Shown here: positions 39,079 through 48,340 of the stretch, one piece after another | How positions within the stretch are numbered: position 1 is the first letter of the stretch | How the letters are laid out: the number at the start of each line of letters is the position of its first letter | Assembly: GCA_963717935.1 (NCBI GenBank) | Contig: CAVQXP010000002.1 | Span: 256,001-320,000, forward strand | Source of the DNA: Candidatus Eiseniibacteriota bacterium | GTDB taxonomy: Bacteria > Eisenbacteria > RBG-16-71-46 | Direction: 5' to 3' | Length of the DNA: 64,000 nucleotides | Notes under the pieces: model-generated | Database searches by the model: none | What the model saw: the letters and a program-made list of their open reading frames with translations, nothing else | Told to the model about the DNA's origin: nothing | Translations under genes and position numbers: made by a program

Positions 39079-41345
39079 GGTCCATGCCCCCCGGCTCGAG
39101 GCCCGTCCTGCTCGGTTTCGCCCTCCTGCTGGCGGTCGTGTCGTTCCCGGCGGCCGCCGCAGCGGGCGCGTGGACGACCTACCTGCGAGCCCAGATCTAC
39201 AGCGATCTCGTGGCGCGGCACGACACCATCTGGTGCGCATCGCTCGATGGCGGCCTGCTGCGTTACGTGTCGGCGGCGGACCGGTTCGAGAGCATCGCCC
39301 GCGAGCCGGGCGGGCTCGCGAGCCAGGCGCTCACCGCCGTCGAGTTCGACCGCGCGGGCCGGCTCTGGGTGGGGACCCGCGATCAGGGCGTGAGCCTGCT
39401 GAGCGCGGACGGCGCGCGCTGGGACCTGATCAGCGAGCTCGATGGCCTGCCCCGCGGTGCGGTCCACGTGCTGCGCGCGGTGGGCGACACGATGCTCATC
39501 GGGACCGAGTACGGCGTGGCGCTGTGGAACGGCAGCGAGATCGCCGGGGCGGTCCCCGAGGGCGTGAACCCCTCGCCGTTCGCGAGCGACGCGATCAGCG
39601 GCGTGGTGCTGCGCGGCGACTCGCTCTGGGTCTCGACCGGGAAGGGCCTCTACGTGAGCCAGGTCTCCACCGGGCTCTCGTCCTGGGTCCTGGCCGACGA
39701 CGCGTTCGCGAACACGGCGCTGCTCGCGCTGGCCTGGGACGGCAGCACGTTGATGACCGTGGCGGGCGGCGTGCCACTGGTCTTCGACGCGGCGGGCGGG
39801 ACCTGGACCTCGAGGGATGACATCGGGATCGTGCTGGCTCTGTCCGACGACCGTGGCGTGATCCTCGCAAGCAGCGTCCAGGGCGTCTTCCGCTGGGATG
39901 GCGCGGACTGGGTCTCGATCCCGGGCGCCCCGACGTCGTCCTCCTGCCCGGTCGAACAGACCTCGAATTGCCGCGGCATCGTCGTGGCGACCACGGACGA
40001 GACCGGGCGGTGGTGGATCGCGGACCGCGCCGGGCTCGCGGATCGGGCGGGAGCGGTCTGGACACTCCATGTGCCCGACGCTCCGGTCGGCAACAACGTC
40101 CAGAACATCGTGCTGCAGGGCTCGCGTGTCTACATCGCGACCTTCTTCGAGGGCGTGGGCCGCTTCGACGGCACGCGCTGGAGGAACTGGTTCGTGACCG
40201 ATTGCGGCAGCGGCTGCGACACCACCTTCCTCTCTTCGGCGTACGCCTTCAGCCTGCTCGTGGACCAGCAGGGGAGGAAGTGGGTCGGCAACTGGAGCTC
40301 GGCCATGGAGTCGTTCGACGACGACGTGTCCCCGCCGCTGTTCACGCACTACCAGCCCGACGATTCACTGGGTCTGGAGAAACACACGTTCGGCTGGGCC
40401 GCGGACTTCGACGCGAGCGGCGGCCGGTGGTTCGGCATGAGCACCAACGAGCTCGGCGAGGACCCCACGCCGATCGGGATCGAGTACTACGACTCGTCTG
40501 GCGTCTACCGGGCCAACTACCGGCCGCAGAACACGCCCGCGATGCCCTCCAGCTACGTGCGCGCCCTGCTCGTGGACCGACGGCATGAGAAGCTCTGGGT
40601 CGGTTACCGGGGGAAGGGCGTGACGGTCTTCGACCTGCCGGATACGGCCGGCGGGGCGCTCGCGGTGCTGGGCAGCACGGGCCTGAGCGCAATCAACACG
40701 CTCGACATCTTCGGGATCGCCGCGCACAACGACTCGATCTGGGTGATGTCCACCGACGATCTGCGCCGGTTCCACGCCCCGACCCTGCTGCAGGTCGGCG
40801 CGGCCCTGCCGATCGTCGGGAGCCCGGCCCCGCGCGGGGCCTGCCACCCGCTGGACGTCGGCCCCGACGGCACGGTCTGGGTGGGGACCGACGCCGGTGT
40901 GCACGCGTACGTCCGCGACGGTGGCGTCGTCGAGTACAACGTGCTCAATTCACCGCTCGCCGGGGACGAGGTGCGCGCGATTCGCGTGGACCCGGTGACC
41001 GGCGTGGTCTGGATCGGCACGGCGACGGGGCTCAGCCGCTTCGATCCGGGCTATGTGCCCCCCGCGCCGCCCGAGTTGCCGACGCTCGAGGTCCGCGTGT
41101 ACCCGAACCCGGCGTGGTTGACGGGCGCGGGCCTCACGCTGCGCCTGGCCGGCAACGCCACCGCGTACCGGGGCGCCGTGTATGACGCGAGCGGCCGGAA
41201 GCTGCACGGCTTCGACGGGCGGAACGGGCAGGTGTTCTGGGACGGCCGTGACGCCTCGGGCCGTCTCGTGCATCCGGGCGTGTACTTCGTCCGTGTCGAG
41301 TCGAGCGGCCACGCGCGGACACTGCGCGTGGCGCTGCTGCGCTAG
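39075..41345 (+). CDS. Secreted beta-propeller protein with a C-terminal T9SS-CTD/FlgD-Ig-like domain (PorZ-like architecture)
   Basis: Signal peptide; repeated DxxGxxWxGT..G blades; tail VRVYPNP..YDASGRKL..WDGRDASGRLVHPGVYFVRV..TLRVALLR. Confidence 0.75.
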   Translation: MRSMPPGSRPVLLGFALLLAVVSFPAAAAAGAWTTYLRAQIYSDLVARHDTIWCASLDGGLLRYVSAADRFESIAREPGGLASQALTAVEFDRAGRLWVGTRDQGVSLLSADGARWDLISELDGLPRGAVHVLRAVGDTMLIGTEYGVALWNGSEIAGAVPEGVNPSPFASDAISGVVLRGDSLWVSTGKGLYVSQVSTGLSSWVLADDAFANTALLALAWDGSTLMTVAGGVPLVFDAAGGTWTSRDDIGIVLALSDDRGVILASSVQGVFRWDGADWVSIPGAPTSSSCPVEQTSNCRGIVVATTDETGRWWIADRAGLADRAGAVWTLHVPDAPVGNNVQNIVLQGSRVYIATFFEGVGRFDGTRWRNWFVTDCGSGCDTTFLSSAYAFSLLVDQQGRKWVGNWSSAMESFDDDVSPPLFTHYQPDDSLGLEKHTFGWAADFDASGGRWFGMSTNELGEDPTPIGIEYYDSSGVYRANYRPQNTPAMPSSYVRALLVDRRHEKLWVGYRGKGVTVFDLPDTAGGALAVLGSTGLSAINTLDIFGIAAHNDSIWVMSTDDLRRFHAPTLLQVGAALPIVGSPAPRGACHPLDVGPDGTVWVGTDAGVHAYVRDGGVVEYNVLNSPLAGDEVRAIRVDPVTGVVWIGTATGLSRFDPGYVPPAPPELPTLEVRVYPNPAWLTGAGLTLRLAGNATAYRGAVYDASGRKLHGFDGRNGQVFWDGRDASGRLVHPGVYFVRVESSGHARTLRVALLR

Positions 41346-41349
41346 GAAC

Positions 41350-42381
41350 GTGGAGGCCGCCCTCCGCATTCTCGACGGACCACCGGCGGGGTGGAGCGAC
41401 CTGCTCGTGACCGCCCCCGCCGCCACGCCCTCGCACCGTCCCGCGCTCTGGGCGGCCCTGGCCGCGGTGCTTCCGGGCCTGGACGTGCGTTGTCTCGCGA
41501 TCGAGGCCGACGGCGCGCTCGCCGGCGGCATGCCCGTGCTGGTCGAGCGGCGCGCCGGCTTCCACACCCTCCACGCCCTGCCCTTCCTGCTCTCGGGCGC
41601 CCCGCTGGCCCGGGCGGGCGCGCATGCCGCCGTGGACGCAGCCGCGGCCGCGGGCCTGCGAGCGCTCCAGTGCGAGTTGCGAGCGATGGGCGGCGAATGG
41701 GCGCTCTACCGGCCCGGGGAGCCGCCGGTGGCGCAGAGCGCGCTCGAAGCGGTGACGGGGCGGACGCGCTGGCTCGAGGCCGCGCTCGTGGCCCTCGCGG
41801 ACGGGCTCGAGGCCGCATGGGCGCGCGTGGACCGCAGGTCGCGCCAGGAGATCCGCCAGGCGGGCGAGCGGCTCGTCTGCGCGCAGGAGCCGGACGCGCT
41901 CGAAGAGGCCTACGCGCTGCACGTCGCGCAGTCGCGCGCCTGGCGCACGCACCGGCCGCTCCCGCTCGAGTTGTCGCGGCGGTTGCTCGCGGACGCCGGG
42001 GACGGCCTCGGCCCGGTGGCGCGGTTGTTCACCGCGCGGCATCGGGGGACTCTCGTGTGCGCGACCCTGGTGCTGGACCACCCGCGCGAGGCGATGCCCT
42101 GGTGGAGCGGGGCGGACCGGGAGGCCCGGCGCCTGCACGCGTTCCCGCGCCTGCTCTGGTCGGTGATCGAATGGGCGCACCGTGCGGGGCGCGCGCGCGT
42201 CAACCTCGGGGCGAGCGGGGACCTGGAATCGGTGTCGGCGTTCAAGGACTCGCTCGGCGCGCGGATGGAGCGCTACCCGGTGCGCTGGCTCGACGCGGCG
42301 GGCGCTTCCGCGGCCGGCCGCGCGATGGCGGCGCTCCAGCGGAGCGTGCGCACGGCCCGGTCGCGGGGAGAGGGCCCGTGA
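41350..42381 (+). CDS. FemAB-like GNAT acyl/aminoacyl-transferase
   Basis: ATPSHRPALW, RRSRQEIRQA, LLWSVIEWAHRAG..NLGAS..VSAFKDSLGA. Confidence 0.75.
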   Translation: MEAALRILDGPPAGWSDLLVTAPAATPSHRPALWAALAAVLPGLDVRCLAIEADGALAGGMPVLVERRAGFHTLHALPFLLSGAPLARAGAHAAVDAAAAAGLRALQCELRAMGGEWALYRPGEPPVAQSALEAVTGRTRWLEAALVALADGLEAAWARVDRRSRQEIRQAGERLVCAQEPDALEEAYALHVAQSRAWRTHRPLPLELSRRLLADAGDGLGPVARLFTARHRGTLVCATLVLDHPREAMPWWSGADREARRLHAFPRLLWSVIEWAHRAGRARVNLGASGDLESVSAFKDSLGARMERYPVRWLDAAGASAAGRAMAALQRSVRTARSRGEGP

Positions 42382-43445
42382 GGATCGCGACACTCTCGGA
42401 CGCCAGCGTCGAGCACACGCGGCGCTGGGTCAGCTGGTTCCGGTCGCGCGGGCACGACGTGGCCGTGTGGTCGCTGGAGACGCCGCTTCCCGGACTCGTG
42501 GTCGAGCCCCTGCCGCGGGCGCCGCTGCCCGGCTTCCTGCGCTACCCGCTCGCGTTGCCGGCACTCGAGCGCGCACTCGAGCGCTTCGCGCCAGACCTGG
42601 TGGACGCGCACTACGTGCCCAACTACGGGCTGCTCGGCGCTCTCCAGGGGGCCCGCCCCCTCGCGGTGACCGCGTGGGGCTCGGATCTGCTCGTGCTGGG
42701 CCGGCGTGGCCCGCTGCAGCGCGCGCGCGCCCGCTTCGTCCTGCGGCGCGCAGATCTGGTGCTGGCGGACGCGACGAACCTCGCCGGAGCGGCGCGCACG
42801 CTGGGGGCCGCCCCGGCGAAGGTGCACATGATCCCCTGGGGCGTGGATCTCGCCCTCTTCCGGTGGCCGGCGGAGCACGAGCGGGGCCTGATCGTGAGCA
42901 CGCGGATGCACGAGCCGGTCTACGACCTCGAGACCATCCTGCAGGCGGCGAAGCCAGTGCTGGAGCGCGATCCGCGCGCGCATCTGGTCGTGGCCGGCGA
43001 TGGCAGCCTGCGGGCCGCGCTAGAGCGGCAGGCCGCGGCGCTGCTGCCGGCGGGACGGTGGCGGTTCGTCGGGCGCCTCGCGCCCGGTGAACTGGCCACG
43101 CTGCTGGCGCGTGCCGAGGTCTACCTGTCGGCCTCGCTCACGGATTCGACGTCGGTCTCGCTGCTCGAAGCCATGGCCGCGGGGGCCGTGCCGGTCGTGA
43201 GCGACATCGAGGGGAACCGGGAGTGGGTGACCGACGGCGACGGCGCGCGGCTGTTCCCGTGCGGCGACTCGGGCGCGCTCACGATCGCGCTCGAGCGCGT
43301 GCTCGGCGATGCGGAGTGGGCGGCGACGGCGCGGGCGCGCAATCGCCGCGTGGTGGAGGAGCGGGCGGACCGGGAGTTCAACCTCGGCCGCATCGAGAGG
43401 CTGTTCACGGCGCTCACCGGCGCCCGCCACGGGGGACCGGCGTGA
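42378..43445 (+). CDS. GT4 glycosyltransferase
   Basis: HTRRW, HYVPNYG, TAWGSDL, STRMHEPVY, SLTDSTSVSLLEAMAAG..SDIEGNREW. Confidence 0.88.
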   Translation: MRIATLSDASVEHTRRWVSWFRSRGHDVAVWSLETPLPGLVVEPLPRAPLPGFLRYPLALPALERALERFAPDLVDAHYVPNYGLLGALQGARPLAVTAWGSDLLVLGRRGPLQRARARFVLRRADLVLADATNLAGAARTLGAAPAKVHMIPWGVDLALFRWPAEHERGLIVSTRMHEPVYDLETILQAAKPVLERDPRAHLVVAGDGSLRAALERQAAALLPAGRWRFVGRLAPGELATLLARAEVYLSASLTDSTSVSLLEAMAAGAVPVVSDIEGNREWVTDGDGARLFPCGDSGALTIALERVLGDAEWAATARARNRRVVEERADREFNLGRIERLFTALTGARHGGPA

Positions 43446-44776
43446 ATCGCCGCCTGCTGCTGCTGAGCTACTTCTACCCCCCGCTCGCGGGCGGCGGGGT
43501 GCATCGCGCGCTGGGCTTCACCCGCTGGCTGCCCGAGCACGGCTGGGACTGCACGGTCGTGTGCGCCGGGCCGGAAGACTACTGGGTGAGGGACGAGACG
43601 CTCGAGGGCCGGATCCCGCCGGCGACCGAGGTGATCCGTGTGCCGGGCGGCAGCGCTCTCTCCGCGTGGCTCGGACTCGCACGCGGGCTGGGCCGCGGGC
43701 GCCGCGAGCCGGCCGGCCGGCGCTCCGGCGCGGTCTTTGGCGGGCTGCGGGAGCTCTCGAGCTGGATGCTGCTTCCCGACTCCTATGTCGGTTGGGCGGC
43801 CCGCGCGCGCCGCGCGACGGCCAGCCGCCTGGAGCGCGGGGACGTGGCTGCCGTGCTCTCGACCTCGCCTCCGGACAGCGTGCATCTCGCGGCGGCCCCG
43901 CTGGCACGGCGCTTCCGACTGCCCTGGATCGCCGATTTCCGCGATCCCTGGGTGGGGCTTCACTATCGCCGGCCTCCGACGTCATGGCACGCGGCCCGGC
44001 AGCGCGAGCTCGAGCGCCGTGTCCTGCGCGGGGCGGATCTCGTGCTCTCGGTCACACGCACGCACGCGGACGATCTCGAGCGGGACGCGGCGACCCGTCC
44101 GGGGCGCGTCGTGCACCTGCCGAACGGCTACGAGCCGGATGTGTCCCCGCGCGAGCCGGTCCGGCGCGATCCCGAGCACTTCAAGCTCGTCTTCACCGGC
44201 ACGCTCTCGCTCATGCCCGACGCGGAGACGCTGTTCGAGGCGCTGCACCAGCTGTTCGCGCGCCGCCCCGAAGCGCGGCGACGCATCCGCGCGCGGCTTG
44301 CGGGCCCGTTCGAAGCGGAGTACGAGGACCGCGCGGTGGCGCTCGGCCTCAAGGGCATCGTCGAGCTGTCGGGGCCGGTCGCGCATGCCGAGGCGCGGGC
44401 GCTGCAGCGCGGCGCGGACCTGCTGATGCTGTGGACGCCGCGGGGCTACCGCAATTGCGTGCCGGGCAAGGTCTACGAGTACCTCGACTCCGGCCGGCCG
44501 TTGCTCGCGCTGCTCGAGCCGGGCGACGAACTCGCGGAGATGGTGTTGCGCGGGGGTGGGGTCCGTCTGGCGCCCGGGGATCGCGAGGGCCTGTCCGCCG
44601 AGATCGAGCGGCGCTATCTCGCGTGGAAGGAAGACCGTGGCGCGCTGGTGCACTCGCATCGCCCGGAATGGCTCGAAGAGCACACGCGCTCGAGTCTCTC
44701 GGCGCGGCTCGCCACGCTGCTCGATGGGCTCGTGGCGCGGGCCGCGACGGACGCCGGGGAGGAGGGCGTGCGATGA
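43442..44776 (+). CDS. GT4-like glycosyltransferase
   Basis: SYFYPP..GGVHR, STSPPDSVHL, WIADFRDPW, PNGYE, PGKVYEYL. Confidence 0.88.
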   Translation: MNRRLLLLSYFYPPLAGGGVHRALGFTRWLPEHGWDCTVVCAGPEDYWVRDETLEGRIPPATEVIRVPGGSALSAWLGLARGLGRGRREPAGRRSGAVFGGLRELSSWMLLPDSYVGWAARARRATASRLERGDVAAVLSTSPPDSVHLAAAPLARRFRLPWIADFRDPWVGLHYRRPPTSWHAARQRELERRVLRGADLVLSVTRTHADDLERDAATRPGRVVHLPNGYEPDVSPREPVRRDPEHFKLVFTGTLSLMPDAETLFEALHQLFARRPEARRRIRARLAGPFEAEYEDRAVALGLKGIVELSGPVAHAEARALQRGADLLMLWTPRGYRNCVPGKVYEYLDSGRPLLALLEPGDELAEMVLRGGGVRLAPGDREGLSAEIERRYLAWKEDRGALVHSHRPEWLEEHTRSSLSARLATLLDGLVARAATDAGEEGVR

Positions 44777-46356
44777 CCTTCACGCTCCACGGGCCGCTGC
44801 GCCCCATGACGCGCGTCGAACGCGTGGGGCTCGCCGTCGCACTGCTCCTGGCCACGGCCCTGATGTGGCCGCTGCGCCAGTACCTCACCGACGACACGTT
44901 CATCCGCCTGCAGTACGCACGCAACCTCGCCAGCGGGCACGGCCTCGTCTTCAACCCGGGCGAGCGCGTCTACGGTTGTATCAGCCCCTTGTGGGCGGCG
45001 CTCATCGCCGATGGCATGGCGCTCGGCTTCAACGGGCTGCGCGTGGCGCGGGTGCTCGGCTTCCTCGCCACGCTCTGGTCGGTGGCGCTCTTCCTGCAGC
45101 TCATGCGCCGCAACCTGAAGACCCCGGCCCTCTGCGCGGCCGCCACGGTGGCGTGGGCGGGGCACGCTTGGATGCTGCGCTGGTCGCTCTCGGGGATGGA
45201 AACGCCGCTCGCGGTGGCCCTCGTGCTGGCCGGGTTCGTGGCCTTCACCGAAGGCCAGCAGTGGGGCGCCCGCCCGGTGCGTACCGGCGCGTTGTGGGCG
45301 CTGGCCGCGCTCACCCGGCCCGAGGCCGCGCTGCTGCTGGGGCTCTGGGGCGTGTTCCTGCTCGTGGACACCGACAGCCGCCCGGGGCTCCGCCGCCTCA
45401 TCTTCGGCTCGCTGCCGCCGCTCGCCATCTACGGTGTCTGGCTGCTGTTCGCGCGCTTCTACTTCGGCACCATCCTGCCGCAGACCTTCATGGTGAAGGG
45501 GGCCGGACCGGCGGGCCTCGGCGTGCAGCTGGAGAACCTGTGGCGGCAGATCAGGATCGTGGGGGCCACCGAGGGGCTGCTGGCCGGGCTGCTCGTCGCG
45601 GCGCTGCTGGCCGGCGGCCCGAGCGTGTGGACCTGGCGGCCGTTCACGCAGCGCGCGCAGCGCATGCTCCCGTGGGTGTGGCTGGCCCTGGTGCCGGCGC
45701 TCTACGTCGCGCGCGGTGTCCCGGTGCGGTCGCGCGACCTGCTCCCGCTGCTGCCCGTGCTGAGCTGGCTGGCGTGGCGCGCGGGGGAGTGCTGGAGCCT
45801 GGGGGCGTCCGCCACGCCGCGCACGGTGCGCACGGTGGTGCTCGGCAGCATACTCGCCGCGCTGGTGCTGGCGCAGAACCTCGGGGTCTTCCACGGCGCG
45901 GTGCTGCCCCAGGTGCGCGCGCTCAGCACGGGACTGCGCGGGAGTCTCGTGCCGTGGGGCCGCTGGCTGCGCGCGAACACGCCCGCGCGCAGCGTGGTCG
46001 CCACGCCCGAGATCGGCGCGCTCGGTTATTTCAGCCGGCACCGCGTCGTGGACCTCGCGGGGCTGGTGACGCCGCAGATGGTGCCGTACCTCGAGCGCGA
46101 GGTGCCCGCGGACGCGATCGCCAACTTCCGCTTCGCTGCGTTCGCGCGCCCCGAGTATCTCGTGGACCGCGGGCCGCGCCCCGACGACCTGCGGCAGCGA
46201 AGCCGCTACGCGCCCGCGCTCGCGCTGCTCGGCGTGGCCGGTGTCCTGAGCCCGGTCCCGGAACGGCCCACGCCCTTCTACTCCCTCTATCGAGTGGACT
46301 GGGCCGCGGCCGATTCCCTCGGCGCGCCAGCGCGGTCAAGCGGCCTGAATCGCTGA
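44773..46356 (+). CDS. Polytopic GT-C-like transferase (DD..YARN family)
   Basis: TDDTFIRLQYARNLASGHGLVFNPGERV, SGMETPL, LTRPE, IGALGYF..VDLAGLVTP. Confidence 0.75.
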   Translation: MTFTLHGPLRPMTRVERVGLAVALLLATALMWPLRQYLTDDTFIRLQYARNLASGHGLVFNPGERVYGCISPLWAALIADGMALGFNGLRVARVLGFLATLWSVALFLQLMRRNLKTPALCAAATVAWAGHAWMLRWSLSGMETPLAVALVLAGFVAFTEGQQWGARPVRTGALWALAALTRPEAALLLGLWGVFLLVDTDSRPGLRRLIFGSLPPLAIYGVWLLFARFYFGTILPQTFMVKGAGPAGLGVQLENLWRQIRIVGATEGLLAGLLVAALLAGGPSVWTWRPFTQRAQRMLPWVWLALVPALYVARGVPVRSRDLLPLLPVLSWLAWRAGECWSLGASATPRTVRTVVLGSILAALVLAQNLGVFHGAVLPQVRALSTGLRGSLVPWGRWLRANTPARSVVATPEIGALGYFSRHRVVDLAGLVTPQMVPYLEREVPADAIANFRFAAFARPEYLVDRGPRPDDLRQRSRYAPALALLGVAGVLSPVPERPTPFYSLYRVDWAAADSLGAPARSSGLNR

Positions 46357-46415
46357 GGCTGCACGTCCGTGCAGTATCTGGCGAGGAAATACCTTCGTGG
46401 CGCGCACAAATTCTT

Positions 46416-46444
46416 TTGACATCAGCACAAGGCGCGTCTATGTT
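46416..46444 (+). promoter_or_regulatory. dcw (Pmra) sigma70 promoter
   Basis: TTGACA (46416-46421), 17-nt spacer, TATGTT (46439-46444). Confidence 0.75.
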
Positions 46445-46451
46445 GCCTCGC

Positions 46452-46490
46452 GTGTGGGATGAAGTGGTGCAATGAGGCACGAAGTGGTGC
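46452..46490 (+). promoter_or_regulatory. MraZ-binding direct repeats (dcw boxes)
   Basis: GTGG at 46454, 46464 and 46484, GAGG at 46474: 10-bp periodicity. Confidence 0.8.
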
Positions 46491-46516
46491 ATCGCGAGTT
46501 CTAAGGGGACCGGGAG

Positions 46517-46966
46517 ATGGCAGCGTTCTACGGCACCGAGAAGGGCACGCTCGACCCGAAGCGCCGGTTGAGCGTTCCCGTCTCTTTGCGCCGCGACTCC
46601 TTCTCGAAGAAGACGCACGACCGCTTCTTCCTCAAGTACGGCTCCGAAGGCTGTCTGCAGCTCTACTCCGTCGAGGACTGGCGCACGATGGAGGAGAAGC
46701 TGAACCGGCTGTTGAAGGGCGACCGCGAGGACCGCGACTTCGTGTTCGCGTTCCTCGAGGACGCATGTTGGGTGACGGTGGACGCCCAGGGACGGATCAC
46801 GATCCCACCGGCACTGCAGGACCGCGCAGGTCTCGGCAAGGATGTCGTACTGCGCGGCATCATCGGCTACATCGCCATCTGGAGCGCGGAGAAGTACGGC
46901 CAGAAGAAGACCGTGCTTACCGACGACTCGCTCGCCCGGCTCGAGACGCTGAAGCTCAGGGACTGA
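46517..46966 (+). CDS. mraZ: Transcriptional regulator MraZ
   Basis: FYG..LDPKRRLSVP, EGCLQLY..W, VDAQGRITIP, IAIWS. Confidence 0.9.
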   Translation: MAAFYGTEKGTLDPKRRLSVPVSLRRDSFSKKTHDRFFLKYGSEGCLQLYSVEDWRTMEEKLNRLLKGDREDRDFVFAFLEDACWVTVDAQGRITIPPALQDRAGLGKDVVLRGIIGYIAIWSAEKYGQKKTVLTDDSLARLETLKLRD

Positions 46967-46971
46967 GCCCC

Positions 46972-47427
46972 ATGGTCGCCCGACCGCAGAGAGACGAGGA
47001 CCGCATCGCCATGGCGCTCAACCTCGAGTTGAGCGGAGGGCGGCACGGTGCCTCGGCGCGCATCGAGCTGCGCGAGCGCCCGGCCGGCCGCGTCGTGCTC
47101 TTCGCCCTGCGGGGCTGGCTCGACCGCTCGGCCGTCCTGCGCCTCGGTCGCACGCTGGACGACCTGGGCGAGCGCGGCATCGAGCAATTGCTGCTCGACT
47201 GCGCTCAGGTTCGCCACATCGACTACCGCACGGTGCCCGCGCTGGTGGAGGCGCTCGCGCGCTTCGAGAGCCGCGCGGGCGGCTACGTGGTCTGCGGCCT
47301 CTCGTCCTACCTGCGGGACCTGTTCCGGCTGGCGGGATGTGAGGCACGGCTGCGTTGCTGGCCTTCGGCGGCCGACCTGCTGGCGGCTCCGGCCGGATAC
47401 GAGTCGGACCGTGAGTTCGCGTCATGA
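46972..47427 (+). CDS. Stand-alone STAS-domain protein
   Basis: FALRGWLD, LLLDCAQVRHID, VVCGLSSYLRDLFRLAG. Alternative start at 47011. Confidence 0.75.
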   Translation: MVARPQRDEDRIAMALNLELSGGRHGASARIELRERPAGRVVLFALRGWLDRSAVLRLGRTLDDLGERGIEQLLLDCAQVRHIDYRTVPALVEALARFESRAGGYVVCGLSSYLRDLFRLAGCEARLRCWPSAADLLAAPAGYESDREFAS

Positions 47428-48340
47428 ACCGGTCCTGGTCGCCGAGGTGCTGGGTTTCCTGCGGAACGGCCCCGGGCTCTACCTGGACGCGACGCTCGGC
47501 GATGCCGGGCATGCCGAGGCGCTGCTCGAGGCCGAGCCTGGCGCGCGACTGCTGGGCTGCGACCGCGATCCAGCCGCGCTCGAGTATGCCGCCGGCAGGC
47601 TGAAGAGGTTCGGGACGCGCGTGCGCCTCGCCCACGCGACGTTCCGGGAAGTGCCGGCCGCGCTGACCGCGGCCGGAGGCGGGGGGTTGGTCGGAGCTCT
47701 ATTCGACCTTGGCCTGTCGTCAAGGCAGATCGACGACCCGGCGAGGGGGATGAGCTTCATGCAGGACGGGCCGCTCGATCTAAGGATGGATCCATCGCGC
47801 GGAAGGACCGGCGCGGAGCGGCTGGAGCAGACGGGAGAGGAGGAGTTGGGTGCCGTGCTGAGAGAGCACGGTGATGTGGCCGGGGCCCGATCACTCGCGC
47901 GGGCCCTGGTCGCGGAAGCCCGACAGGGCGGGCTGAGGACCACGCGGGCGCTGCGGGAGGCCATCGACCGCGCGCTCGGCGGACCGGCCCACCCGAGGCG
48001 GTACGCACAGGTGTTCCAGGCGTTGCGCATCTGGGTCAACGGAGAGGCCGAGGACCTGGGAGCGGCGCTGAAGTGGCTGCCGGAGGCGATGGACCCCGGT
48101 GGCAGGGTCGTCACGCTCGCCTACCACTCGGGCGAGGATCGGAAGATCAAGCAGGCGCTGCGCGGTCCGGCCGGCTCACGGTTCGCGCGACGGCTGCCGG
48201 AGATACCCGGGGTGCGGCCTCCCGAGAGGCCGTGGGAAGAACTCACACGGAGGGTGGTGACACCCTCGCCTGCCGAGCGGGAGCGGAATCCGCGGGCGCG
48301 CAGCGCCCGGCTCCGTGCCTTCCGGAGAACCCAAGGATGA
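47411..48340 (+). CDS. rsmH: 16S rRNA m4C1402 methyltransferase
   Basis: HEPVL, DATLGDAGHA, DLGLSS, PLDLRMD, FQALRIWVN, YHSGEDR, NPRARSARLR. Confidence 0.95.
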   Translation: MSSRHEPVLVAEVLGFLRNGPGLYLDATLGDAGHAEALLEAEPGARLLGCDRDPAALEYAAGRLKRFGTRVRLAHATFREVPAALTAAGGGGLVGALFDLGLSSRQIDDPARGMSFMQDGPLDLRMDPSRGRTGAERLEQTGEEELGAVLREHGDVAGARSLARALVAEARQGGLRTTRALREAIDRALGGPAHPRRYAQVFQALRIWVNGEAEDLGAALKWLPEAMDPGGRVVTLAYHSGEDRKIKQALRGPAGSRFARRLPEIPGVRPPERPWEELTRRVVTPSPAERERNPRARSARLRAFRRTQG

